From the NCBI GenBank assembly GCA_016432345.1, contig CP066685.1, positions 432,236 through 496,235 of the forward strand: a stretch of DNA of 64,000 nt, given 5' to 3'. Positions 9,558 to 19,230 of this stretch are shown here, piece by piece; position 1 is the stretch's first letter; each line of letters begins with the position of its first letter. The translations under genes were made by a program, and so were the position numbers. Source of the stretch: Candidatus Levyibacteriota bacterium. GTDB taxonomy: Bacteria; Patescibacteriota; Microgenomatia; Levybacterales; UBA12049. The notes beneath the pieces are model-generated. The model searched no databases and was not told the DNA's origin. It saw only the letters and a program-made list of their open reading frames with translations.

Positions 9558-10390
9558 GAATTTTCTTCAGAAAAAATCTCTTCTATTTCTTCATCTGTTG
9601 GTGGTTTATACTGGGATGAAATTTGATTGATATGTACTTTCGGTCCTCCGAATCCTTTAATCGTGTTTGCGATTACAACAGACGGCTTACCGTTTTTAAA
9701 CGGAAGATGATTAAGTGTTTTTATTATTTCTTCAAAGCTGTGTCCGTTTATCTCTTTTACTTCCCATTGAAAACTTTTCCATTTATCAACAAATGGTTCC
9801 AAATCTAAAATATCTTTGGTAAAACCAAATCCCTGGAGTTTATTATAGTCAACAATGGTAATTAAATTGTCGAGTTTGTGATGACCAGCAAAAAGAATTG
9901 CCTCCCATGTAGATCCCTCGTCGCATTCTCCATCAGATAGAATAGTAAAAACTCGAAACTTTTTTTTATCGATTTTTCCAACATAAGCTATCCCTGCAGC
10001 CATAGATAGCCCATGCCCCAAAGCACCAGCTGATACCTCAACCCCTGGCATACAATGCCGTGTTGAGTGTCCTGGTAATAATCCACCATTCATTTCATAT
10101 CCTTCAAGAATTTTTTTATCAAAAAAACCACGCTCTGCCAGTACTGCGTACAAAACTTTTGCATCATGCGCTTTACTAAAGATTAAACGATCTCGTAAAG
10201 GATTATCTGCGTCTCTTGGGAAAACTTTCATGATTGTAAAATATAATGCCACCATTATTTCAACACAAGAAAGAGCTCCTCCAGTATGGGCACTTTTAGC
10301 GACGTAAGCCATGGTAATGATTTGTTTTCTAATCTCATTTGCATGCTTTTCGAGCTTGACTCTTTCCGATGTCAACGTTTTTTTATTCAT
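9554..10390 (-). CDS. Split transketolase, N-terminal (TPP-binding) subunit
   Basis: GHSTRHCMPGVEVSAGALGHGLSMAAGIAY and the TPP motif LSDGECDEGSTWEAILFAGHHKLDNLITIVDYN. Confidence 0.85.
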   Translation of the reverse strand: MNKKTLTSERVKLEKHANEIRKQIITMAYVAKSAHTGGALSCVEIMVALYFTIMKVFPRDADNPLRDRLIFSKAHDAKVLYAVLAERGFFDKKILEGYEMNGGLLPGHSTRHCMPGVEVSAGALGHGLSMAAGIAYVGKIDKKKFRVFTILSDGECDEGSTWEAILFAGHHKLDNLITIVDYNKLQGFGFTKDILDLEPFVDKWKSFQWEVKEINGHSFEEIIKTLNHLPFKNGKPSVVIANTIKGFGGPKVHINQISSQYKPPTDEEIEEIFSEENS

Positions 10391-11327
10391 AAAGATTGTT
10401 ATTCGTTCTGAACCAAGATATAGTTTTTAATAATCCGTCATCTAAGCTATATTTTGCTTTCCATTTTAACATTTTTTTTGATTTTCTAATGTCAGCCTGC
10501 CATTTTCCCTTCTCAATTTGTCTTTTTTGAGCTAAAACCTTACCCCATATAATTTTTGATTCGCTTTTTGAGAGATGAATGATTTTTTCCGTTGTTTCTT
10601 CTATTGTGCTTTGCTTTCCTGTCCCAATATTAAATATTTCCCCCGGAGCTACTTTCTTCTTGCATGCATTTAAATATGCGTCAACGACATCCTCTATGTA
10701 TATAAAATCTCTAACGTTTTTTTTGCTACCTACTATAATTGGTTCATTTTTTATTGCAGCCCGGACAATAGAAGAGATAAAACGTGAGTTATGTTCGTAT
10801 GGGCCGTAGGCTGAAAATAATCGAAATGTAATCATAGGTAGATTATTTACTATTGCTTCTTTCTGTACATAAAGCGTTACGGCCGTTTTAACAACTCCAT
10901 AGTCGTTGATGGGAAGAGCAGGGTCGGTCTCGCTCATTTTATCAAACTTTACTCCGTATTCCGAAGAGCTCCCCGTATTTATAAATAATTTAAAAGGATT
11001 TTTCTTTAAAGCATCGATTAGATTGACAGTCCCCTTAAAATTAACCTTTATTAGCTCATCTAGACTGTCTTCGTTTGGCAAAGATCCGTGAGTGGTCAGA
11101 TGGAAAATGTAATCTGGTTTAATTTTTGTGATTACTCTATGAAGGTTAGGACTAAGGAGATCAACTTCGTGAATCTTAATTTTTGATTTTACATCAGATA
11201 ACCGCCAATTTAGATTTTTTTTTCTTGATAGAACATGAACGTTCTTTTTATCATGGGCTAAACGTCTTGCTATGTTTGCTCCTACAAAACCAGTCGCCCC
11301 AGTAAGTAAATAAACATCTTTATTCAT
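10383..11327 (-). CDS. NAD-dependent nucleotide-sugar epimerase/reductase (extended SDR)
   Basis: VYLLTGATGFVGANIARRL, GSSSEYG and YGVVK (YxxxK). Confidence 0.75.
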   Translation of the reverse strand: MNKDVYLLTGATGFVGANIARRLAHDKKNVHVLSRKKNLNWRLSDVKSKIKIHEVDLLSPNLHRVITKIKPDYIFHLTTHGSLPNEDSLDELIKVNFKGTVNLIDALKKNPFKLFINTGSSSEYGVKFDKMSETDPALPINDYGVVKTAVTLYVQKEAIVNNLPMITFRLFSAYGPYEHNSRFISSIVRAAIKNEPIIVGSKKNVRDFIYIEDVVDAYLNACKKKVAPGEIFNIGTGKQSTIEETTEKIIHLSKSESKIIWGKVLAQKRQIEKGKWQADIRKSKKMLKWKAKYSLDDGLLKTISWFRTNNNLYE

Positions 11328-12457
11328 GTTAAAAACATTGGTTCGGGAGTAATGACTGCTATTTGGTTTTTTTTGAAATTATATTTTTTCTGGAGAGTAG
11401 AAACAATCTCATCAACATATGCCATAGCAGTAACCACTACAACATTTATATCTTCTTTTTTAAGAGCATCAGGACTAGCGACAGGAATGTGGCTTCCTGG
11501 TAAATAAGTCCCCCACTTATTGGGGTCCGAATCAACACAAAAGACAATAGCATCTTTGGGAATATTTGAAAAAGATATTGATGAAATTCCCTTTGCTCCT
11601 GCTCCCCAGAGAGCAATTTTATTATTAGCGATATTTCTAAAGAATTTTTTATACTGACTTCTATAGTCGATGAACTGCTTCTGAATATTATTTCCCAGTC
11701 CTGATTTATTTGTGTATTGGAAGTAGGCAATTAGATAGTTTTCATCCGGAGAATGCTTAACTGAAAAAACATCAAATCCATTCAGATGAAGCATATACGA
11801 TAAAGAAGTTGGTGAATAATATGCTACATGATCAGGAAAAAAATCATAGTATCTATTATCTCTTAGTGTTTTTACTAAAGATGGGACCTCAACTAATCCA
11901 TATCCACCCACTTTTAAGAATTTCTTGATATTTGTGAGTAATTTTTTAGGATCAGAGATGTGCTCAAAAACCTCTAAGGTTACAAACGCATCAGCTTTTT
12001 GATCAAGTTTAAATTTATCATCCACATAGTCTCTAATAACCTTTACGCCTTTGTCTTTTGCTAATCTAGTTGCGACATCGCTTGGTTCTATGCCAATTGA
12101 TTTAGATTTGGCTTTTAAAAGTGCGTAAACAAAATATCCGTCGCCACAACCTACATCCACGACCAGCTTATTTTTTAAATCAAAAAAGGAAATAAAGTCC
12201 TTAGCTAATCCTTTTAAGTATTTCCGAGCGTGCGGCGAATATGTCCTGCTCATTATGTAGTCATCATAATAATCATTTACCACATAATTTTTATCAGATA
12301 GTTGGATTAAGGTACATTTCTCACACTTTAAGATTTTAAGGTCATTTTTTTTATCTCTTTGAAGATTTTTCTCCGAAATTACCTGGACACGCATTGGAGC
12401 ATTTGGGACCTCTAAAAAAGTCGATAGCTTTTCAAAACCACAGGAAATACATCTCAT
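11324..12457 (-). CDS. NDP-hexose C-methyltransferase (TylCIII-like three-domain type)
   Basis: N-terminal Cys pairs C-x2-C...C-x2-C (MRCISCG...ILKCEKC). SAM motif VVDVGCGDGYF. A C-terminal Rossmann-like domain (IALWGAGAKG...VVVVTAMAY) is typical of sugar C-methyltransferases. It is a paralog of 31343-32602. Confidence 0.7.
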   Translation of the reverse strand: MRCISCGFEKLSTFLEVPNAPMRVQVISEKNLQRDKKNDLKILKCEKCTLIQLSDKNYVVNDYYDDYIMSRTYSPHARKYLKGLAKDFISFFDLKNKLVVDVGCGDGYFVYALLKAKSKSIGIEPSDVATRLAKDKGVKVIRDYVDDKFKLDQKADAFVTLEVFEHISDPKKLLTNIKKFLKVGGYGLVEVPSLVKTLRDNRYYDFFPDHVAYYSPTSLSYMLHLNGFDVFSVKHSPDENYLIAYFQYTNKSGLGNNIQKQFIDYRSQYKKFFRNIANNKIALWGAGAKGISSISFSNIPKDAIVFCVDSDPNKWGTYLPGSHIPVASPDALKKEDINVVVVTAMAYVDEIVSTLQKKYNFKKNQIAVITPEPMFLT

Positions 12458-13386
12458 AGTATTTTACTATACCAATTTAACACTCCAGGAAGTGTTTTTT
12501 CAAGACTATATTCATTCTTCCAACCTAAACTTTTAACCTTTTGGTTATCCAGGTGCTGATAAGGAATTTCATTGCGCGCTACATTTAATATTTTGTAGGG
12601 AATCTTTACTCCTAAAATAGCTTGTGCTTTTTCAATTACTTCAAGGACAGAAAGAGTATCTTGCGAAGAAAAATTATATGCCTGTCCTTCTATATCGCCT
12701 TTGTGAGTCAACAAGAATAGATAGCCATCCACAACATCTTTAACATAGACGTAATCGCGAATATATTGACCATCGCTTCTTATCGCAAAGGTGTTTTTAT
12801 TTACTATTGCTTTACAAAGTCCTGGAATAATCCTATCAAAATGCAAATCGCCTTCGCCATATACATTTCCAAATCGTGCAATAACAATAGGAAGATTATA
12901 CGTTTTATAATATGTTTGCGCGATTAAATCTGCGCTCGATTTAGAAACATCATATGGATGATCTCCAGCAAGAGGGGAATCTTCGGTATATGTTTTTTTT
13001 GTCTTTCCATAAGCCTTGTCGGAAGAAGCAAATACTATTCTTTTTACCCCCCCGATTACTCTACATGCTTCAAAAATATTAATTGAACCTAAAATATTTG
13101 TTTCGAATGTTTCCATAGGTTTATCAAAGGCAGTAGTTACGATCGTTTGCGCAGCTAAATGAGTAACATATGAGGGTTTATATATTTTAAATATGTCAAA
13201 TACTTTCTTTTTATCCCGTATATCAATTTGTACAAACTCAACTTTTTTTTGAAGCGAATGTTGCCAAAAAATTGATTTTGGAGTAATCTTTCTATCTACA
13301 ATAATAATTTTATTGGGTGTCTTAACAAGTGCATCTACAAGATTACTCCCAATAAAACCGGCTCCCCCAGTAATAATAATATTCAT
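12454..13386 (-). CDS. rfbG: CDP-glucose 4,6-dehydratase-like SDR
   Basis: MNIIITGGAGFIGSNL, ASSDKAYG and YDVSK. The start at 13386 forms an ATGA overlap with the rfbF stop. It lies next to the cytidylyltransferase gene. Confidence 0.75.
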   Translation of the reverse strand: MNIIITGGAGFIGSNLVDALVKTPNKIIIVDRKITPKSIFWQHSLQKKVEFVQIDIRDKKKVFDIFKIYKPSYVTHLAAQTIVTTAFDKPMETFETNILGSINIFEACRVIGGVKRIVFASSDKAYGKTKKTYTEDSPLAGDHPYDVSKSSADLIAQTYYKTYNLPIVIARFGNVYGEGDLHFDRIIPGLCKAIVNKNTFAIRSDGQYIRDYVYVKDVVDGYLFLLTHKGDIEGQAYNFSSQDTLSVLEVIEKAQAILGVKIPYKILNVARNEIPYQHLDNQKVKSLGWKNEYSLEKTLPGVLNWYSKIL

Positions 13387-14078
13387 TCTTTCCATACTTT
13401 CCAAGGTGCGTGTTGTTTCCAAAGTTTATTTAATTCCTCCATATCTCTATACGTATCCATTGCATGCCAAAACCCTTCATGTCTATAAAGCGACAACTGT
13501 CTATTCTTTGTTAGTCGTATCAACGTGGGATGCTCCATCTCGCCTTTTCTAAAGTAAGATAAGGCGTCCTTTCTAAAAACCATAAATCCTCCGCTTACCC
13601 ATTCGGAAAGGACTGGTTTCTCAACAAATTTTGTTACCTTATTTCCATCTCGAATTTTCACTAAGCCATAGAGGGAGCGAGGGTGCACTCCTGTTATTGT
13701 TCCTATTGTTTTTTGCCTTTTATGGAATGTAACTAATTCTGTAATGTTAACATCTGATACACCATCACCGTAAGTAAGCATAAATTCGTCCCCATCAATA
13801 TAGTCTTTTACTCGCAATACTCTTTCTCCAGGTAAAGTCTCCAAACCTGTATCAACAAATGTTATCTTAAATCCATCGTCGTTACGAAAAAACTTTCTGA
13901 TATAGTCTCCTTTATAACCCAAAGCGACAATAAAATCGGAAAAACCATAATGATCATAAATTTTCATAATATGCCAAAGAATAGGTTTTCCCCCAATAGT
14001 TATCATTGGCTTAGGAATCCACTCTGTTTTCTCTTTTAACCTATATCCTCTTCCCCCGGATAATATTATTGTTTTCAT
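13383..14078 (-). CDS. rfbF: Glucose-1-phosphate cytidylyltransferase
   Basis: MKTIILSGGRGYRLKEKTEWIPKPMITIGGKPILWHIMKIY is the characteristic RfbF N-terminus. It also has LTYGDGVSDVN, and HEGFWHAMDTYRD near the C-terminus. Confidence 0.85.
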   Translation of the reverse strand: MKTIILSGGRGYRLKEKTEWIPKPMITIGGKPILWHIMKIYDHYGFSDFIVALGYKGDYIRKFFRNDDGFKITFVDTGLETLPGERVLRVKDYIDGDEFMLTYGDGVSDVNITELVTFHKRQKTIGTITGVHPRSLYGLVKIRDGNKVTKFVEKPVLSEWVSGGFMVFRKDALSYFRKGEMEHPTLIRLTKNRQLSLYRHEGFWHAMDTYRDMEELNKLWKQHAPWKVWKE

Positions 14079-14093
14079 TTTTTGATTATACTA

Positions 14094-15203
14094 CTAATTA
14101 TCCATTTCTACTTTTTCAAGTGTACGCATGCTTTTTTTGGCTGCATGCGCCCAACTAAATTTCTGTGACCATTTTATAGCATTTTTACTTAATGTTTCTC
14201 GAAGAGTCCTGTCGTTTAATACTTCACATATTTTATTAATCAATTCTTCTTCGTCTTTTGCTAATATACCTGTTTTCCCATTCTGTATTGATTCTGTTAA
14301 TCCTGAAACATTAAAAGAAACAGCAGGTGTTCCATATAAGTTTGCTTCTATAACAGCCATACCCCAACCTTCACCAATTGAAGGATTAACAACTAGCCAT
14401 GATTTGGATAACAAGGATTTTTTTTCCGCATCGTTTACCGGCCCAAGCAGGGTAATTTTTCTACGCAGTGGACTTTTCATAACCAAATTTGCTATATTGG
14501 ATGCCTCTGTTCCCCAACCAGCAATAATCAAACGGGTTTGAGGCATTTTTTCAATTATTTTAGGAAAAATTTTGACCAGCAAGTCAACCCTTTTATACCT
14601 CTTGATTCGTCCTAAATAGAGAATTGTCGGCGCAGAAAATTTTTTTATAGAGTTTTTTATAGTATTTGATCCGTTAATACCGCAATAAACAATAGAAATA
14701 TTTTTTTTGTTAAAGCCTATACTTATCAACTGTTTTTTTGTTGTTTCCGAAATGACAATAATAGAGAGATGTTTATAGAGGAAAGGGAAAACAAATCTTT
14801 CGACAATAAATCCAAAATAACTTAAAGGAAAGGGGAGTTCATAAAAAAATTGATCGCCGTGTAAATGGTATACATAGCTTACTTTAGGAATTCTACAAAA
14901 TAGGGGTGTAAAAAATGGAATCCCATTTACAACGTCCACTACAACATCGGCTTTTCCTCTAAAACGAGAAATATAATACCATATCGCCCAAAGATAAAGA
15001 TTATACCTACCGCCTTTTCTATAAATTTTTATGCCGTCTATTATTTCAAAAGAGGGAAGATTTTCTTCTATATCCTGTCCACAAAAAAGACTTACTTCAT
15101 GACCCATTTTTACCCAACGGGAGGCCTGTTCAAAAATATAAATCTCACCGCCTCCGGCCCAACTATGTTTGAGATCTCGCCAGTTAAAAATAAGTATTCT
15201 CAT
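14094..15203 (-). CDS. GT4-family glycosyltransferase (first gene of the minus-strand operon)
   Basis: The E-x7-E motif GEGWGMAVIEANLYGTPAV and the N-terminus MRILIFNW. I chose the ATG at 15203. The ORF-track start at 15218 is a TTG inside the predicted -10 element. Confidence 0.8.
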   Translation of the reverse strand: MRILIFNWRDLKHSWAGGGEIYIFEQASRWVKMGHEVSLFCGQDIEENLPSFEIIDGIKIYRKGGRYNLYLWAIWYYISRFRGKADVVVDVVNGIPFFTPLFCRIPKVSYVYHLHGDQFFYELPFPLSYFGFIVERFVFPFLYKHLSIIVISETTKKQLISIGFNKKNISIVYCGINGSNTIKNSIKKFSAPTILYLGRIKRYKRVDLLVKIFPKIIEKMPQTRLIIAGWGTEASNIANLVMKSPLRRKITLLGPVNDAEKKSLLSKSWLVVNPSIGEGWGMAVIEANLYGTPAVSFNVSGLTESIQNGKTGILAKDEEELINKICEVLNDRTLRETLSKNAIKWSQKFSWAHAAKKSMRTLEKVEMDN

Positions 15204-15217
15204 TTTAAGTTCGGTCA

Positions 15218-15246
15218 AGTATACTATAGCTACAATTTCTTATCAA
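15218..15246 (-). promoter_or_regulatory. Sigma70-type promoter TTGATA-N17-TATACT for the nine-gene minus-strand operon (15203 to 6321)
   Basis: Minus strand: -35 at 15246-15241, -10 at 15223-15218, 17-nt spacer. The ATG at 15203 is 14 nt downstream. Confidence 0.55.
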
Positions 15247-15267
15247 CATCGTGTATACTAATAAGGA

Positions 15268-17577
15268 ATGCGGCGTATTAATTTTAGTTTTCTTAGGGAA
15301 CACAAGTTAGCCTTAGTAATCTGTATCATTCTTTTTATATTACCTTTTTTTTGGTTAAAACCAGGAGAAATGGATTTGGGGGGGGATAGCAGTCGATTAT
15401 TTTTCTACGATCCTCTAAATTATCTTAAAAACTCAAATCTTTATTATGTTGCAAGAGATGGAATAGGATCGGTTGAGCCTGAATATAGTTATGATTATGC
15501 CCTTATTCCATATTTAGCAATACTTATATTATTAAAATCCATATTTTCTTCTACTATTCTAATCAATTTATTTAATGGAGTAAAACTTGCCGGTGGATTC
15601 ATAGTAATATATTTTATAGTACGGGAATTTCTTTTAGAGACATACGGTAAGACTAAAAAAGATACACTTAATAATGTATCGGTATTAAGCGGAGTTTTTT
15701 ATATAGTTTCTCAAGGATCAATTAATTTGGTTGTCAGTTGGGAGACAGCTCTCACATCACATAATCAGTTTTTTATATATCCTCTTATTTTTTTCTTGCT
15801 TTTTAAATCTTTAATTACGCATAAATATAGCTATCTTTGGATTGCATTACTGATTAGTTTTATTTTTTCTCCAAATTTTGGAGGACTGGAGTCTATTCCA
15901 CCCTTTTTTGCATTCTGGCCAATAGTAGCAGTATTTTTGTTTCTGTATATAAAGATTTTTGGTAAAAAACCAATTTCATGGAAAATAATAATTATGGCAG
16001 CAGTACTTTTCTTAGGCGTTCATACTTTTCATCTTCTTGCTCAAGCAGTTAGCTTATTTGATAGCGGGAGTTTTACTAATGTTAAAGTTTTTGACAAATA
16101 TTATATGATAGACCTTGGGCTTAATATTTTTGGCGCTGTGCTTTCAAGCGGAATGGCAACCCTAAATTTTCTGCTTCCTTCTCCAAATATATTTCTTAGA
16201 TGGATATCTTTTCTGTCTGCATTAATAATTCTTGTCGGATTTATTTTAAACAAAAAAAAAGAATTTTTATTCATTTCTATTTTCTTTTTTATTACTTTTT
16301 TTTTCTCAACAGCCAATATAACAAATGTTGGAGTAGAATTTTATAAGAGTTTATTCTATCTACCTGGTTTTTCCATGTTTAGAATTTTTTCCAAATGGCT
16401 GTATGTTTTTGTTTTCTTTTACGCTTTATTATTTGGGTTTGCTGCGTATAGTATTAGCGAAAAGTTAAAAGTAAATTATTCAAAGCTTTTTTTTATTTTT
16501 GTTTTTACTTTTTTAATTATATCCGGTATTCCGCTATTTTCTGGAGCTCCAATAAATAAATCTTTAATAGGCGGTACCAATATAAAAAAAACCTTCTTAA
16601 TGGATTCTAAATATGAGCAAGTGCTTGAACATATTCGTACTTTACCGGATGACGGAAAGATATTAGTACTACCATTAGTTGGTTTTAATTATCAATTTTT
16701 CTTTGGTGTTGATTCGGGAGCATATTTAGGGCTTAGTTCGATAAGTCACTTAACAGATAAATATAGTTTTACAGGGGAACGACATTTTGGCGTTGCTGGG
16801 TTTTACGGGCCAAATTTATATAGTTATTTGGTTCAAAAATACGCCAAAGAAAAAAACTATAAAAGATTAAATCAGTTATTTACTCTTATGAATATTCGAT
16901 ATATTTTATATAATGCTGATTCAAGACAATACGAACGAGGATTTTCAGATACTCAATTTTTCTTGCCGGAATCCTTTCCCAAAACGAAAGCTGGATACGA
17001 TGAGTTTATAAGGCACTTTTCTATACAACAAATATATAAAAACGGCAATTATATTTTGTACGAATTTAGTAAATCCAGTTATAACTCTACTATTTTTATC
17101 CCAAAAGGAGTATATGAGAGCAATGATCTCATCTATGATGAGAAGAATTTACATTCAATTTTTATTGATAAAAATACTTGTAATATAAAAGAGTTTAAGG
17201 AAATTTGTAAAGGAGGTTATAACGCTTCAGACAACGATGTAAGTTTTAAAATGATAAATCCCGTCCTTTACGAAGTAACAATTATCAAAAAAAAACCACA
17301 AGACACAATACTTTTAGTTATGCAGCACGCCTTTAATAGAGCCTGGAAATTGATAATCGACAAAAAAAATGTATCGAAAGAGTCACATGTGTTAGTAAAT
17401 GGATATGCAAACGGATGGTTATTGGGTAAGGGTGATATTCCACAGGCAAAAAAATTTACAGTATTTATAAAACTCGATTCCCAAAAATATTTTTGGTATG
17501 GGTGGGTAGTAACAGCTGTTTCTTTAGCTGTTGTAATTGGATTATTAGTAGTTTCCATAGTTAAACAACGGCATTGA
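15268..17577 (+). CDS. Giant-family GT-C-like polytopic membrane protein, short form (paralog 1)
   Basis: 769 aa. The first ~430 aa hold about a dozen hydrophobic segments, followed by a large soluble region and a final TM helix (WVVTAVSLAVVIGLLVV). The loop motif PFFWLKPGEMDLGGDSSRLFFYDP and the blocks HNQFFIYPLIFFLL, IFSPNF, PGFSMFR, LPDDGKILVLP, NIRYILYNAD, INPVLYEV, FNRAWKL and VNGYANGW are shared with 34533, 37320 and 41633. Confidence 0.7.
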   Translation: MRRINFSFLREHKLALVICIILFILPFFWLKPGEMDLGGDSSRLFFYDPLNYLKNSNLYYVARDGIGSVEPEYSYDYALIPYLAILILLKSIFSSTILINLFNGVKLAGGFIVIYFIVREFLLETYGKTKKDTLNNVSVLSGVFYIVSQGSINLVVSWETALTSHNQFFIYPLIFFLLFKSLITHKYSYLWIALLISFIFSPNFGGLESIPPFFAFWPIVAVFLFLYIKIFGKKPISWKIIIMAAVLFLGVHTFHLLAQAVSLFDSGSFTNVKVFDKYYMIDLGLNIFGAVLSSGMATLNFLLPSPNIFLRWISFLSALIILVGFILNKKKEFLFISIFFFITFFFSTANITNVGVEFYKSLFYLPGFSMFRIFSKWLYVFVFFYALLFGFAAYSISEKLKVNYSKLFFIFVFTFLIISGIPLFSGAPINKSLIGGTNIKKTFLMDSKYEQVLEHIRTLPDDGKILVLPLVGFNYQFFFGVDSGAYLGLSSISHLTDKYSFTGERHFGVAGFYGPNLYSYLVQKYAKEKNYKRLNQLFTLMNIRYILYNADSRQYERGFSDTQFFLPESFPKTKAGYDEFIRHFSIQQIYKNGNYILYEFSKSSYNSTIFIPKGVYESNDLIYDEKNLHSIFIDKNTCNIKEFKEICKGGYNASDNDVSFKMINPVLYEVTIIKKKPQDTILLVMQHAFNRAWKLIIDKKNVSKESHVLVNGYANGWLLGKGDIPQAKKFTVFIKLDSQKYFWYGWVVTAVSLAVVIGLLVVSIVKQRH

Positions 17578-17616
17578 CATTTTTTCTCTATTAAGATAAG
17601 GTATTATCATAAATTT

Positions 17617-18219
17617 ATGACTAAAATTAGCACGAAGTATCGTGATAAAGCCCGAAAACGCTTATTGGAAAGTGCTGATGTTAAAAAAAAAGTTGCAGAA
17701 GAATGTTTAGAGTTAATTTTAATCGCCAGTCAAATGATAGTTGATACATTTGCATCCGGCGGAAAGGTAATGATTTGCGGCAATGGTGGCAGCGCAGCTG
17801 ACTCTCAGCATATGGCAGGAGAATTAGTTTGCATGTTAAATAAAGTATTTGAAAGACCAGGTCTTCCCGCGATTGCTTTAAGTACAGATACATCTATTTT
17901 GACAGCGCATGCCAACGATCTTGGTTTTGAAAAAATCTTTAAACGACAAGTCAACGCATTAGGTAAGGCTGGAGATGTATTAATTGGAATCACAACAAGT
18001 GGCAGTTCTCCAAATATTCTTGCCGCAATCAATTCCGCAAGAACTGCTAAAATACGTACAATCATGCTAACTGGGAACAGTAAAAAAACAAAAAAATTAG
18101 CGGATGTTGTATTGTCGGTTCCGAGTAGCAATACCCAATATATTCAAGAATCACATATAGCTATTGAACACATAATATGTGAGATTGTAGAAGATCATCT
18201 TTTTGGTGCAAAAAGGTAA
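17617..18219 (+). CDS. gmhA: Phosphoheptose isomerase (sedoheptulose-7-phosphate isomerase)
   Basis: ICGNGGSAADSQHMAGEL, ITTSGSSPNIL and QESHIAIEH. The 200-aa length is typical of GmhA. Confidence 0.85.
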   Translation: MTKISTKYRDKARKRLLESADVKKKVAEECLELILIASQMIVDTFASGGKVMICGNGGSAADSQHMAGELVCMLNKVFERPGLPAIALSTDTSILTAHANDLGFEKIFKRQVNALGKAGDVLIGITTSGSSPNILAAINSARTAKIRTIMLTGNSKKTKKLADVVLSVPSSNTQYIQESHIAIEHIICEIVEDHLFGAKR

Positions 18220-18222
18220 GAT

Positions 18223-19230
18223 ATGGTAATAAGTAGAACTCCTTTTCGAATTTCTTTTTTTGGCGGAGGAACTGATTATCCGGCGTGGTATAAAAAACAC
18301 GGTGGATCTGTTTTAGCTACCTCTATTAACAAATATTGTTATCTTTCTGTCAGATACCTACCTCCATTTTTTAATCACAAATATAGAATTGCTTATTCTA
18401 AAATTGAAAGCCGCAAAACTATTGGAGAAATTACACACCCTTCTGTACGGGAAATTTTGCGTTTTTTGAAAATAAAGCAAGGTTTGGAGATACATCATGA
18501 TGGCGATTTACCAGCAAGAAGTGGCTTAGGTTCTAGTTCTGCTTTCACTGTGGGTCTGCTTCACGCGCTTTATGCTTTAGGTGGTCATATGCCAAATAAA
18601 CATAAATTAGCCAAAGAGAGTATTTATCTTGAACAAAAAGTTCTTAAAGAAACAGTTGGATCACAAGATCAAGTATTAGCCGCCTATGGCGGATTTAATC
18701 TTGTAAATTTTTCTAAAAATGAAGAGATAACACTTAAGCCTATGACAATTTCCTTAAAACGTATTGAAGAGTTGCAGAATCATTTAATGCTTTTTTATAC
18801 TGGTATAGTTCGTACGGCTTCTGATATAGCTAAGAGCTATGTTAGCAATATCAATAGACAAGAAAAACAATTGGAGTTTATGCAGCAATTGGTAGATAAA
18901 GCTTTTTCAATTGTTAATAGCAAAAAAGATATAAGAGGTTTCGGAGAATTTTTAAACGAGTACTGGCAAATTAAGCGTTCGCTTAGTTCTGCAGTTTCTA
19001 ATCCAGAAATAGATGAATTTTATGAAAGGGCGTTATCGGCTGGAGCGTTAGGCGGTAAATTGATTGGCGCAGGCGGCGGAGGATTTTTTTTGTTTTTTGT
19101 TCCTCCAGCTAATCAAGCTAAAGTCAGAAAACAGTTTAACAAACTTATTCATGTCCCTTTCAAATTTGAGCATGAAGGATCCCAAATCATTTTTTATGAC
19201 CGAGAAGAAGATTATTCTTATTTCAAATGA
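18223..19230 (+). CDS. hddA: D-glycero-D-manno-heptose-7-phosphate kinase (GHMP family)
   Basis: RTPFRISFFGGGTDYP, PARSGLGSSSAFTVGLLHAL and GAGGGGFFLFF. It lies directly downstream of gmhA. Confidence 0.8.
   Translation: MVISRTPFRISFFGGGTDYPAWYKKHGGSVLATSINKYCYLSVRYLPPFFNHKYRIAYSKIESRKTIGEITHPSVREILRFLKIKQGLEIHHDGDLPARSGLGSSSAFTVGLLHALYALGGHMPNKHKLAKESIYLEQKVLKETVGSQDQVLAAYGGFNLVNFSKNEEITLKPMTISLKRIEELQNHLMLFYTGIVRTASDIAKSYVSNINRQEKQLEFMQQLVDKAFSIVNSKKDIRGFGEFLNEYWQIKRSLSSAVSNPEIDEFYERALSAGALGGKLIGAGGGGFFLFFVPPANQAKVRKQFNKLIHVPFKFEHEGSQIIFYDREEDYSYFK

Noticed and set aside
13383-13386. Possibility of an alternative genetic code (UGA as sense, as in some CPR lineages)
   Set aside because: TGA terminates well-defined proteins at their expected lengths in many ATGA/GTGA overlaps (e.g. 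13383, 24315, 45364, 60847, 62935). The standard code fits.
15254-15259. TATACT (preceded by GTG) 8 nt upstream of the ATG of giant paralog 1, considered as its promoter
   Set aside because: No acceptable -35 lies at 16-18 nt (the position reads TACAAT). It may be a -10-only promoter, but the support is too weak to list as a feature.
15345-15352. T8 tracts in the PFFW codons of paralogs 1 and 2 (also 34617-34624), and several A9/T9 runs (e.g. 16252-16260), considered as phase-variation tracts
   Set aside because: Runs of 8-9 are common throughout this AT-rich window and short for efficient slippage. Paralogs 3 and 4 merely use TTC at the same position.
17574-17607. Perfect TTGACA followed by TATTAT upstream of gmhA
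   Set aside because: The spacer is 22 nt, too long for a functional sigma70-type promoter. gmhA is more likely co-transcribed with the upstream giant gene.
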